A stretch of 41,561 bases of DNA from Kiritimatiellota bacterium (GTDB lineage: Bacteria > Verrucomicrobiota > Kiritimatiellia > CAIQIC01), in assembly GCA_026398385.1 (NCBI GenBank), contig JAPLSZ010000251.1, positions 7,449 through 49,009 on the forward strand, written 5' to 3'. Under the pieces are notes generated by a model that searched no databases, was not told where the DNA came from, and worked only from the letters and a program-made list of their open reading frames with translations. Below, piece after piece: positions 18,635 to 26,503 of the stretch (positions are counted from its first letter, which is position 1; every line of letters starts with the position of its first letter). The position numbers were made by a program, and so were the translations under genes.

Positions 18635-19106
18635 TGGCAGCGCCCAAGGCCAGCAGGCCCACGACGGCGATGATCACGTACCAGATGGTCATGGTCTCAG
18701 GCCGCCGGGTGCCGAAGGGCGAAATACTGGCAAAGGACTCGGGCTTGGCCGAGGAGCCGGAGGTAATCTCGATGCGGGTGGTGTTGGACCGGCTGGCGGC
18801 CTCCTCCTCAGGCGGCTCGTTGGAATCGAACAGGAACTCGAGCGCGCCGGCTTGGAGAATATCCTTGGGCCGCAGGCGCATTTCGACATTGACCTCGCGG
18901 CCATTCAACCGGGTGCCGTTAGTGGAACCCAGGTCGCGGACAAAATAGTGGCGCCCCTCCCGGCGAATCAGGCAGTGCCGCCCGGATATGGATGAATTAT
19001 CCAGCGCCACTTCGCTTTCCTTCCGCCGGCCCACGAGGGTCTCATCGCGGTCCAAGTCAAAGGACTGTCCCTTGACCTCTGCAGACATGCCGATCAATGT
19101 GACCAT
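18600..19106 (-). CDS. FHA domain protein with C-terminal transmembrane anchor
   Basis: FHA core: TLVGRRKESEVALDNSSISGRHCLIRREGRHYFVRDLGSTNGTRLNG. C-terminal TM: MTIWYVIIAVVGLLALGAAIALFIYI. ATG 19106 is preceded by GGAGGA. The longer ORF to 19427 is antisense to larB. Confidence 0.8.
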   Translation of the reverse strand: MVTLIGMSAEVKGQSFDLDRDETLVGRRKESEVALDNSSISGRHCLIRREGRHYFVRDLGSTNGTRLNGREVNVEMRLRPKDILQAGALEFLFDSNEPPEEEAASRSNTTRIEITSGSSAKPESFASISPFGTRRPETMTIWYVIIAVVGLLALGAAIALFIYISRIK

Positions 19107-19212
19107 GGCGACAATCCTCCGATCACGAAAATTCAGTATGGCACGCCGTTCCGGCGGTGTCAACACTGCTGGTGACAAGACTGTCGCCTTGACCTGCCGC
19201 CGCGGGCGCGGC

Positions 19213-19998
19213 ATGCTACAATCCATGGATGTGGATGGAATGCTGAAGCCGCCTGCGGCGGTCCGGCGGGGTGGCTTGGAAAAAAACCTCGGGTTTGCAC
19301 GGCTGGACTTGGGCCGGCACCGGCGCTGCGGCGTGCCGGAGGTGATCTTCTGCGAGGGCAAAACGCCCGCACAGGTGATCCGCATTGTCACGGCCATGCA
19401 GCGGGCGGGGCACAATGTCTTCGGCACGCGCGCGACGCCGGAGTTCCATGCCGCGGTGGCCCGGGCCCATCCGGACCTGGTGTATCATGCGGGCGCCCGC
19501 GCCATCACGCTGGACGTGGCGCCACTGCCCCAGCCGCGCGGACAGGTGGCGGTGGTTTGCGCGGGCACGTCGGATCTGCCGGTGGCCGAGGAAGCCGCCT
19601 TCACCGCCGGGCGGATGGGGGCGCGCGTGGTCTGCGTGCATGACGTCGGCGTGGCGGGGCTGCACCGGCTGATGGGCCACCTGGCCGCGCTCAAGGCGTC
19701 GCGCGCCGTCGTGGTGGTCGCCGGCATGGAAGGCGCGCTGCCGTCGGTGGTCGGCGGACTGATTGACCGGCCGATCATCGCCGTGCCTACCAGCGTCGGC
19801 TATGGCATGAATCTGCAGGGGCTGGCGGCGCTGCTCGCCATGCTGAACTCCTGCGTGCCGGGCATCACCGTGGTCAACGTGGATAACGGCTTCGGCGCCG
19901 GTGTCGCCGCCGCGCTGATCAACCGGATGGCGGAACAGCGGGGACATCAGGACAAAGCGAAAGCGAAGACGGGGAAACGGAAGTTTAGCCACGGATGA
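19213..19998 (+). CDS. larB: LarB, nickel-pincer cofactor biosynthesis (NaAD carboxylase/hydrolase; PurE-like)
   Basis: RCGVPEVIFCEGKT; VAVVCAGTSDLPVAEEA; VVVVAGMEGALPSVVGGL...IAVPTSVGYG. The start is uncertain (19213, 19225 or 19240). The last roughly 22 codons (..QDKAKAKTGKRKFSHG*) lie in a repeat element. Confidence 0.85.
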   Translation: MLQSMDVDGMLKPPAAVRRGGLEKNLGFARLDLGRHRRCGVPEVIFCEGKTPAQVIRIVTAMQRAGHNVFGTRATPEFHAAVARAHPDLVYHAGARAITLDVAPLPQPRGQVAVVCAGTSDLPVAEEAAFTAGRMGARVVCVHDVGVAGLHRLMGHLAALKASRAVVVVAGMEGALPSVVGGLIDRPIIAVPTSVGYGMNLQGLAALLAMLNSCVPGITVVNVDNGFGAGVAAALINRMAEQRGHQDKAKAKTGKRKFSHG

Positions 19999-20007
19999 AC
20001 ACGGATG
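19987..20007 (+). repeat. Copy 2 of the AGCCACGGATGAACACGGATG repeat; supplies the larB stop codon
   Basis: Identical 21-mer to 13577-13597. The TGA at 19996-19998 inside the motif terminates larB. Confidence 0.85.
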
Positions 20008-20159
20008 AAGCATGGAGAAGAATGGGGAAATTGGGGCGGGAAAAGAACGGAGTTCTATCCACAGATTGCACAGAGTACGCAGATGTTCAGCCGCTTTGCG
20101 CCTTGGCGTCTTGGCGCGAGAAACTCTTCGCCTAGGTTTTAACAACAGATAAGGCACGG
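20008..20159. repeat. Composite low-complexity/repeat spacer between larB and larC
   Basis: Contains CCACAGATTGCACAGAGTACGCAGAT (CACAGAT/CACGGAT-like units) and GCTTTGCGCCTTGGCGTCTTGGCGCG. The latter resembles the reverse complement of GCGGTTAACGCAAAGGCGCGAAGGTTGGCGG at about 13500-13530. The region ends in CACGGATGAAG, which carries the larC ATG. Confidence 0.55.
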
Positions 20160-21536
20160 ATGAAGGTTTTACAGTTCCAGAGTGTGGGCGGGGCGAGCGG
20201 CGACATGATTCTGGCCGCGCTGCTGGATCTGGGCGTCGAACCCGCCTGGCTGCGGAAGCAACTCGCGGTGTTGCCGCTGGAACCCTTCCGACTGATCGCC
20301 CGTTCGTTCGGCAGCCATGGGTTGCATGGGACGCAGGTCGAGGTGGCGACGGGCGGGCATATCAAGGCTGAAGGCCGAAGGCTGAAGGCTGAAGGAGGCG
20401 GGTCGGAGGCGGAGAACCGCAGGCTGCAGGCTGAAGGCGCGAGGCATCATCACGGGCGGTCGTTCCAAGACATTCGGCGCCTGATCGAAGGCAGCCGGCT
20501 GCCGGAGCCGGTGCGGGCGCAGAGCGTGCGTGTGTTCCGCCGGCTGGCCGAGGTGGAAGCCGGGATTCACCACGTAGCGGTGAAGGCGGTGCACTTCCAC
20601 GAAATCGGCGCGGTGGATTCCATTGTGGATATCGTCGGCGCCTGCCTCGCGCTGCACCGGATGGGCGTGGAACAGGTGGTGGTGAACTCGCTGCCGACGG
20701 GCGCCGGCGTCGTAACGTGCGCGCATGGCGTCTATCCCGTACCTGCGCCGGCAACAGTCGAATTGCTGCGCGGTTTTCCGCTGCAGCCCTGCGACGAGCC
20801 GCACGAGATGGTGACGCCGACCGGTGCGGCGCTGCTGATGGAATGGAAATCACTGGCGCGTCTGCCGGCGGGCAGCCGCATAATGCAGGCCGGCCACGGT
20901 TTCGGGCACCGGCAACTCGATCGCCGGCCCAATCTGCTGCGCGCGCTGCTGCTGGAAACCGCGGAGGCCGGCGACGCGGCCACGGAAGAAGGCCTGCTGC
21001 TGGAGTGCAACCTCGACGACACGTCGCCGGAGCTGATCGGCCTGCTGACGCAGCGGCTGTTGGCCGCAGGCGCGCTGGATGTCTGGACAACGGCCATACA
21101 GATGAAGAAACAGCGGCCCGGCGTGCTGTTGTCCACGCTTTGCCGCGTGGCGCAACGGGCCGAACTACTCGATCTGATCTTCCGCGAAAGCACGACCTTC
21201 GGGGTGCGCGAAACGCCTGTCCGGAGGACGGTGCTGGCGCGCCGAGTGGAGGAGCGGGCGACGCCCTACGGGCCGGTCAGGATCAAGGTCGGCATCTGGC
21301 AGGGGGCGGAGGTCACCTGTGCGCCGGAAATAGACGATTGCGCGGCGCGCGCCGCGGAGCACAAGGTGGCGGTGCGCGCGGTGTACGAGGCGGCCTGCCG
21401 CGCGGCCACTTTTGGCCAAGCCAAACCTGGAAAGAACCGGAATTCCGTGTCATCAGGGCGTGGAAAGCGGAAGACCAGCGGCGGGGCAGAACGCAAAGCC
21501 GGAAGCGCGGTGTCGAAGAATCTTAGCCACGGATGA
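20160..21536 (+). CDS. larC: LarC, nickel-pincer cofactor biosynthesis (CTP-dependent nickel insertion; DUF111)
   Basis: MKVLQFQSVGGASGDMILAALLDLG; VHFHEIGAVDSIVDIVGACLAL; MVTPTGAALL; LECNLDDTSPE; IQMKKQRPG. These are collinear with L. plantarum LarC. The roughly 40-aa basic C-terminal tail lies in a repeat element. Confidence 0.9.
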   Translation: MKVLQFQSVGGASGDMILAALLDLGVEPAWLRKQLAVLPLEPFRLIARSFGSHGLHGTQVEVATGGHIKAEGRRLKAEGGGSEAENRRLQAEGARHHHGRSFQDIRRLIEGSRLPEPVRAQSVRVFRRLAEVEAGIHHVAVKAVHFHEIGAVDSIVDIVGACLALHRMGVEQVVVNSLPTGAGVVTCAHGVYPVPAPATVELLRGFPLQPCDEPHEMVTPTGAALLMEWKSLARLPAGSRIMQAGHGFGHRQLDRRPNLLRALLLETAEAGDAATEEGLLLECNLDDTSPELIGLLTQRLLAAGALDVWTTAIQMKKQRPGVLLSTLCRVAQRAELLDLIFRESTTFGVRETPVRRTVLARRVEERATPYGPVRIKVGIWQGAEVTCAPEIDDCAARAAEHKVAVRAVYEAACRAATFGQAKPGKNRNSVSSGRGKRKTSGGAERKAGSAVSKNLSHG

Positions 21537-21558
21537 ACACGGATTGACACGGATGAAG
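21525..21558 (+). repeat. Copy 3 of the AGCCACGGATGAACACGGAT repeat plus a third CACGGATGAAG unit
   Basis: The TGA at 21534-21536 inside the motif terminates larC. The ATG at 21553 in the third unit opens the next ORF. Confidence 0.85.
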
Positions 21559-22191
21559 ACGGGAAAGATGGAGCTAGCCAAGATGATCCTGCTGGGCCTG
21601 GCCGTTGTGCAAATGGCCGGCGCGCAAGCGGAAGACGCCGAGTCGGCCATGCCGTCGCTTACCATTAGCGCCCGCCAGTTGGCGCAGCAGGCCGGCGGCC
21701 GTCTGCTGGCGGAAGGGCTGGCGTTGGCGCCCGGTGGACGCGCCGTGTGCGTGCTGAACTTTCCGACCCGGCAGGTGTATACGTTTATCCTGATGGCGCG
21801 CGGTGAGGCCGAGCCCTGGCCGCACATGGAGATCAGGCTGAACACCAATCTGGTGTATGGCGCTGCCGCCGCCTCCAACTGGTCGTCCCACGCCTTCACG
21901 CAGGTCGTCGCGCCGGGGCGGCAAAGCATGGAGATTATGAGCCAGGCCCTGGCGGACAACGGCGCGCGGCCGGCGGTGCTGCACATCGCGTGCCTGACGA
22001 TTACGGCGTCCGACGGCTTGCCGGCGCCGGTTTTGGTCACCAATGTGGCCGCCGCCGTCGCGGCGGTGGTTGTCACCAATACGCCGGTCCCCCTGCGGCC
22101 TTTGGCCGCCGCGGCGACCAATCCGGCGCTGCTCGCCGTCACCAACGCGGCGCCCGTAAAGAGCAAATGGGATGCCCCCGTGGGGCGATGA
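21553..22191 (+). CDS. Hypothetical secreted protein
   Basis: Signal-like (MKTGK)MELAKMILLGLAVVQMAGAQA. No recognised domain; Ala/Val-rich C-terminus. Start is ATG 21553 or 21568. Confidence 0.5.
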   Translation: MKTGKMELAKMILLGLAVVQMAGAQAEDAESAMPSLTISARQLAQQAGGRLLAEGLALAPGGRAVCVLNFPTRQVYTFILMARGEAEPWPHMEIRLNTNLVYGAAAASNWSSHAFTQVVAPGRQSMEIMSQALADNGARPAVLHIACLTITASDGLPAPVLVTNVAAAVAAVVVTNTPVPLRPLAAAATNPALLAVTNAAPVKSKWDAPVGR

Positions 22192-22221
22192 ACAGCGGGA
22201 AATCCGGACTAGCGGAGCACC

Positions 22222-23415
22222 ATGCACATTTTGCTGATAGCCCCGCAGCCGTTTTATCAGGAGCGCGGCACACCGATTGCCGTGGACCTGGTGCTCCGCG
22301 TGCTGTCGGAACGCGGCGACACGGTGGACGTGGCCACCTATCACGAAGGGGCCGACGTCAACTATGCCGGCGTCACGTTGCAGCGCATCGCCCCGCCGCT
22401 TTGGGTCCGCAACGTGCCGCCCGGCTTTTCGATCAAGAAACTGATCTGCGATGTCTGGTTGTTCTTCAAGGTTCGGACAGTGCTGCGCCGCCGCCGGCCG
22501 GATTTGATCCATGCGGTGGAGGAGGCGGTGTTCTTCGCGCGTTGGTGGGGCCGCCGGCTGGGCTTGCCCTATGTGTACGACATGGACTCCTCGCTGGCCG
22601 GGCAGCTCGTGGAGGCCCGGCCGGCGCTGCGGGGCTTGGGCCGGGTCTTCCAGCGCTGGGAAGCGGCGGTCTGCCGCGACGCGCTACTGGTCCTGCCGGT
22701 CTGCGAGGCGCTCGCGGAGATCGCCCGGCGGGCCGACGCGCCGCGCGTGACGCTCCTGCGCGACATCTCGCTGCTCGACCGCTGGACGAGCGCCGTGGAG
22801 CCGGAGTTGTGCCGGCAACTGCCGCTGCGCGGCGTGGTCTTCATGTACGTCGGCAACCTGGAGATCTATCAGGGCCTTGACCTACTGCTGGCGAGTTGGG
22901 CGCAGGCGGCGGCGGTGGAGCAGCCGATGAGCCTGGTGGTGGTCGGCGGCACGCCGGAGCACATCGCGCGCTATCGCCAGCGCGCCGGGGGACTGGGCGT
23001 CGGGGCCAGCGTGTATTTCATCGGCCCGCGTCCGGTGAACCGGCTGGCGGCGCTGTTGCGACAGGCGGACGTGCTTGTTTCGCCCCGTGTACAGGGCCAC
23101 AACACGCCGATGAAGATTTATTCCTACCTCGATGCCGGCAAGCCCGTGCTGGCCACCGACCTGCCTACGCACACGCAGGTGCTGACGCCGGAGATCGCCT
23201 GTCTGGCGCCACCGGAGCCAGCAGCCTTCGCCGCAGCCATCGTGCGACTGGCCCGCGATCCGGAGCTGCGGCAACGGTTGGGCGCCGCCGCCCGGAGTGA
23301 GGCCCGGGCTAAGTACAGCTTCGCCGCTTACCGGGAAACGCTCCTGGCCGCCTACGCCGGGCTGGACCAGAGCGTGGCCGCTCGAGTTGACCAGCGTGCG
23401 GCCTTGCGCGAATAG
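22222..23415 (+). CDS. Glycosyltransferase family 4 (GT-B, GT1/GT4-like)
   Basis: MHILLIAPQPFYQERGTPIAV...; FMYVGNLEIYQGLDLL; VLVSPR..G.NTPMKIYSYLDAGKPVLATD (E-x7-E-like region). Confidence 0.85.
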   Translation: MHILLIAPQPFYQERGTPIAVDLVLRVLSERGDTVDVATYHEGADVNYAGVTLQRIAPPLWVRNVPPGFSIKKLICDVWLFFKVRTVLRRRRPDLIHAVEEAVFFARWWGRRLGLPYVYDMDSSLAGQLVEARPALRGLGRVFQRWEAAVCRDALLVLPVCEALAEIARRADAPRVTLLRDISLLDRWTSAVEPELCRQLPLRGVVFMYVGNLEIYQGLDLLLASWAQAAAVEQPMSLVVVGGTPEHIARYRQRAGGLGVGASVYFIGPRPVNRLAALLRQADVLVSPRVQGHNTPMKIYSYLDAGKPVLATDLPTHTQVLTPEIACLAPPEPAAFAAAIVRLARDPELRQRLGAAARSEARAKYSFAAYRETLLAAYAGLDQSVAARVDQRAALRE

Positions 23416-23418
23416 ATA

Positions 23419-23865
23419 TCACCGCTCGACGGTGTTGGTCGACCGATGGCGGCGCGACGGATGCTCCTCGTGGGAGGGGTCGTCCCCCGGCCGTCGGGAT
23501 TTGGTGGAGGACCAGCGATCCAGCATCTGTCGGTAACGGGCCGTCTGATCCGGCGTGAGGAGCTTTTCGATCTGCTGGCGGTTTTCCTGCAGAAGCCGCC
23601 GGACATCCGGCTGGGTGCGCTGGCGGAGACGGGTGAGTTGTTCCCGCGTGTCGCGCATGATGGCTTGCACCTGCGCCTGCTGCGCGGCGGTCAGGGTCAG
23701 TTCTTGATTCATCCGGCGCAGGAACAGCTCATGCTGGCGATCCGAGTCGCTATGCATGAAGCGTCGGATATGCACGTGCTGATAGGCTTGCATGCCCGCG
23801 GCGCCGGCCAGCACGCCGGCGACAAAGGTGAGGATGAATAAAGACCATATCCGGCGCTTGTTCAT
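23419..23865 (-). CDS. Periplasmic LTXXQ-motif protein (CpxP/Spy/ZraP-like), N-terminal anchor
   Basis: TM/signal RIWSLFILTFVAGVLAGAAG. LTLTAAQQAQV and LLTPDQTARY LTXXQ-type motifs. Last gene of the sigma operon. Confidence 0.65.
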   Translation of the reverse strand: MNKRRIWSLFILTFVAGVLAGAAGMQAYQHVHIRRFMHSDSDRQHELFLRRMNQELTLTAAQQAQVQAIMRDTREQLTRLRQRTQPDVRRLLQENRQQIEKLLTPDQTARYRQMLDRWSSTKSRRPGDDPSHEEHPSRRHRSTNTVER

Positions 23866-23872
23866 ATCCGTT

Positions 23873-24202
23873 TCATTCCCCGTTCCAGGAGTCCACGTTG
23901 ACCACGTCCGAATGACTCAGCCAGGCTTCCTGCGCCAGCAGCGTCTCCGTCGCCGGCGTGATCTGCCAGACCAGCAGCCAGCTCAACGCGGCCGTCAGCA
24001 CCAACAGGGCCGCCGCCCGCTGCAGGGCCAGCCACGAGAAGTCGACGTCGAGCCCGCCGCGGTCGGCGGCCAGACGAATGGCGCGCATGACGCCCGCCTG
24101 CCAGGCCTCGACCGGGGTGGCGAACGCGGGCGCGCTGCTCCGCGCGCCCGCGCGCCAGAGCGCCTGTTCCACCTGGTCCACAGCCGTTGTGTCTCGTTGC
24201 AT
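23873..24202 (-). CDS. Putative membrane anti-sigma factor
   Basis: 109 aa, immediately downstream of the ECF sigma (3-nt gap), with a single TM LALQRAAALLVLTAALSWLLVW. Assignment is by position only. Confidence 0.5.
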   Translation of the reverse strand: MQRDTTAVDQVEQALWRAGARSSAPAFATPVEAWQAGVMRAIRLAADRGGLDVDFSWLALQRAAALLVLTAALSWLLVWQITPATETLLAQEAWLSHSDVVNVDSWNGE

Positions 24203-24205
24203 AAC

Positions 24206-24802
24206 TCACCTTTCCTTGCGCAGCGCGGCGCCCAGCCAGCCGCGCAACTTACGCCGCGCGCGGAACGCCGTTACTTTCACGCGTGCCGCCGTCCACCCGA
24301 GCAGTTCGGCAATATCCCGGATGCTGTGTCCATCGCGGTGGAGCATCGTCACCGTGATGCGCTCCGTGGCGCTCAACCGCGCCAGCGCCCATTCCAGGAC
24401 CTCGGTCGCCGCGCGCCGTTCGGCATCCTTTTCGAACGCCTCCAGCGCGGCGGAGCGTGTGACTTGCTCCAGCCAGTCCGCCTGGTCGCCGTCCAACGCG
24501 GCCGCCGCCGTCTCCGGGAGGCGTTTCTGCTGCCGCCAGAAATCGCAACACGCGCGCACCGCGATACGGGCGAGCCAATGGCCGAACGGCCGTTCCGCGC
24601 GGTAGCTCTTCAGCGACAAAAACGCGCGCACAAACACATCCTGCGCCGTGGCGGCCACCTCCGCCGCCGGCACATGCCGGGCGGCGATGGCCAGCACCTG
24701 CTGCCGGTGCCGTGTGATCAACGGCTCGAAGGCATTGACCTCGCCCGCCCGCACGCGGGCGATGAGTTCCGCATCTGTCGCTGCTGGCGCGCCCGGCATC
24801 AT
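24206..24802 (-). CDS. ECF (group IV) RNA polymerase sigma-70 factor
   Basis: Region 2 (FEPLITRHRQQVLAIAARHV...AQDVFVRAF) and region 4 HTH (LSATERITVTMLHRDGHSIRDIAELLGWTAARVKVTAFRARRKLR). Confidence 0.85.
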   Translation of the reverse strand: MMPGAPAATDAELIARVRAGEVNAFEPLITRHRQQVLAIAARHVPAAEVAATAQDVFVRAFLSLKSYRAERPFGHWLARIAVRACCDFWRQQKRLPETAAAALDGDQADWLEQVTRSAALEAFEKDAERRAATEVLEWALARLSATERITVTMLHRDGHSIRDIAELLGWTAARVKVTAFRARRKLRGWLGAALRKER

Positions 24803-24891
24803 CGCGGACGGATATTATCATAACCACCCAAAGAAGGCAGCCGAACCACGATCCCTCGCCCGGCGGTCATAGGCTTGACAGCCGCGCGAAC

Positions 24892-25461
24892 TCATGTGGC
24901 GGAGGCTGGCGCCGCCGGTTTCTTCTCGCCAGCTCCGCGTTTTTCCTGCCATTGCTTCCGAAGCTGCTCCATGCGCGCGCGTCCATCGGCCATTTTCTTG
25001 GTCAGTTGCGCCGCTTGTTCGGGCGTGAGGAGCGCTTTGATCTCTTTCAGGCCCTCGGCGCGGCTGGCGGCCAGGTTGCCTTCCACCTCCGCGATCTGGC
25101 GGTGCAGGGCGCGGATCTTTTCCGGATCCGGATTATCGCTCCCCATCTGTTCCATGAGCTGCTGCCGGAGGGTCTGGACTGATTCCCGGACCGACTTGTT
25201 TTGTTCTTTCTTCTGCTCGAAGATCTGTTTGATCTTTTCCTTCTGCTCGGGAGTGAGGTTCAATTGATGGAACAGGCCCAACAGATCCTGTCCCGGGTTG
25301 TGCATGAGGCCAGCGCCTCCGGGACCCATGCCCGGCTTGCGCTCATGCTGCCGTGGCGGGGGTGTCCCCGGCTTCTCCCGACCTGCCGCCGGCGCTTGGG
25401 CCAGGGCGCTCATCGCGGCCAGCATTCCTGCGCAAGCGATCAGTCCAATCTCTTTCTTCAT
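24892..25461 (-). CDS. Spy/CpxP-family periplasmic protein (two LTPEQ motifs)
   Basis: Signal peptide MKKEIGLIACAGMLAAMSALAQA. LNLTPEQKEKIKQIF and LLTPEQAAQLTKKM. ATG 25461 is preceded by AAGGAG. Confidence 0.7.
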   Translation of the reverse strand: MKKEIGLIACAGMLAAMSALAQAPAAGREKPGTPPPRQHERKPGMGPGGAGLMHNPGQDLLGLFHQLNLTPEQKEKIKQIFEQKKEQNKSVRESVQTLRQQLMEQMGSDNPDPEKIRALHRQIAEVEGNLAASRAEGLKEIKALLTPEQAAQLTKKMADGRARMEQLRKQWQEKRGAGEKKPAAPASAT

Positions 25462-25702
25462 GGGCAACTCCTTTGTGATGGGCCGGCTTTCCGGGCCAGC
25501 CTTCTACCTGATATAGTCGCGCCCAACCCGTCAGCGGTTGCAAGAATTTTTCATGGGCCGCCTGTCGGCGGCTGGGCCGACCGGCTGGCCGACCGTCCAG
25601 ACGGGATGAGCAGACGACCGGCGGGCGTGCACAAGTTACGGACTTGCTTTGCCCGGCCCAGCGGAATTATAAGACAGCGCCGACTGCGATGAGGGCATAC
25701 TT

Positions 25703-26368
25703 ATGACAAACGTTTTGCGGCGCATGTTGTTATTCGGTCATGCCGGGCTGCCGGTCGCCCTGCTGTTGTTTGTCCTGGGCTGCGGCGGCGGCGACGGGGG
25801 CAACCAGGCGCCGGTGCTCGATGATTTCGGCGGGAACGATCCGAACGTGGTGGTGGCGTTCGGCGACAGCATTACCGAGGGCGTGGACGGCGGCGGCGCT
25901 CCGTATCCAGGCCGCCTGGCCGCCTTGAGCGGCCGACGGGTCATCAACGCCGGCGTCGGCGGGCAGGAAAGCGGACCCGGCCTCAGCCGCCTCGGCGGCA
26001 CGCTGGCCGCCCGCAAGCCCGGTTATCTTTGCATCCTCTTCGGCGCCAACGATGTCATCAGGGGGTATGATCAAAACACTACGATTGCCAACTTGCAGGC
26101 CATGCTCCAGAAGGCGCGCGCCAATAAGACCGTGCCGATTCTGGCCACGTTGACCCCGATGATCGGCGGGCACGGCATCTGGGGCTCCACCGTAAACCGG
26201 CTGAACGACGCCATCCGCAATCTAGCCTCCGCCGAGGGCGTCACGCTGGTGGATCTTAACGCGGAATTCGGCGATGCCGAGGTGCTGTTGATCGGCGACG
26301 GGCTGCATCCCAACGATCAGGGCAACCAAGTCATCGCCCTGGCCTTCAACGACGCGCTGCCACACTAG
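25703..26368 (+). CDS. SGNH/GDSL-family hydrolase, lipoprotein
   Basis: Lipobox LLFVLGCGGG. Block I VVAFGDSITEG, block III FGANDV, block V DGLHPN. Confidence 0.85.
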   Translation: MTNVLRRMLLFGHAGLPVALLLFVLGCGGGDGGNQAPVLDDFGGNDPNVVVAFGDSITEGVDGGGAPYPGRLAALSGRRVINAGVGGQESGPGLSRLGGTLAARKPGYLCILFGANDVIRGYDQNTTIANLQAMLQKARANKTVPILATLTPMIGGHGIWGSTVNRLNDAIRNLASAEGVTLVDLNAEFGDAEVLLIGDGLHPNDQGNQVIALAFNDALPH

Positions 26369-26503
26369 GCGCCTGTCGGACTTACGTCCGCCATGCTCCT
26401 GGCTGTTCAGACGATAAAAGCACCAATTACCGATGGCCCATTGCTATAGGAATTCGTGCAGTAACAGAGGTCTTGTCCGACAGCCTGATAGCGCCGAACC
26501 CTT

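Noticed and set aside
18988-19212. Upstream extension of the LarB ORF (start 18988)
   Set aside because: The extension is antisense to the FHA gene and lacks LarB homology, which begins near 19213-19300.
13494-21560. Possibility that the recurring CACGGAT/hairpin motifs form a CRISPR array
   Set aside because: The copies are kilobases apart, have no regular repeat-spacer periodicity, and there are no cas genes. They behave as dispersed REP-like elements.
22222-23415. GT4 glycosyltransferase considered as the missing polymerase for the 33-41 kb exopolysaccharide-type locus
   Set aside because: It is 10 kb away, separated by unrelated stress and efflux operons, and GT4 enzymes are not processive synthases. 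No evidence links them.
24803-24891. A sigma-70-like promoter (TTCGGC-N17-TATGAT on the minus strand, 24845-24817) upstream of the ECF sigma gene
   Set aside because: It would leave almost no 5' UTR or RBS, and the match to consensus is weak, so it is not reported as a feature.
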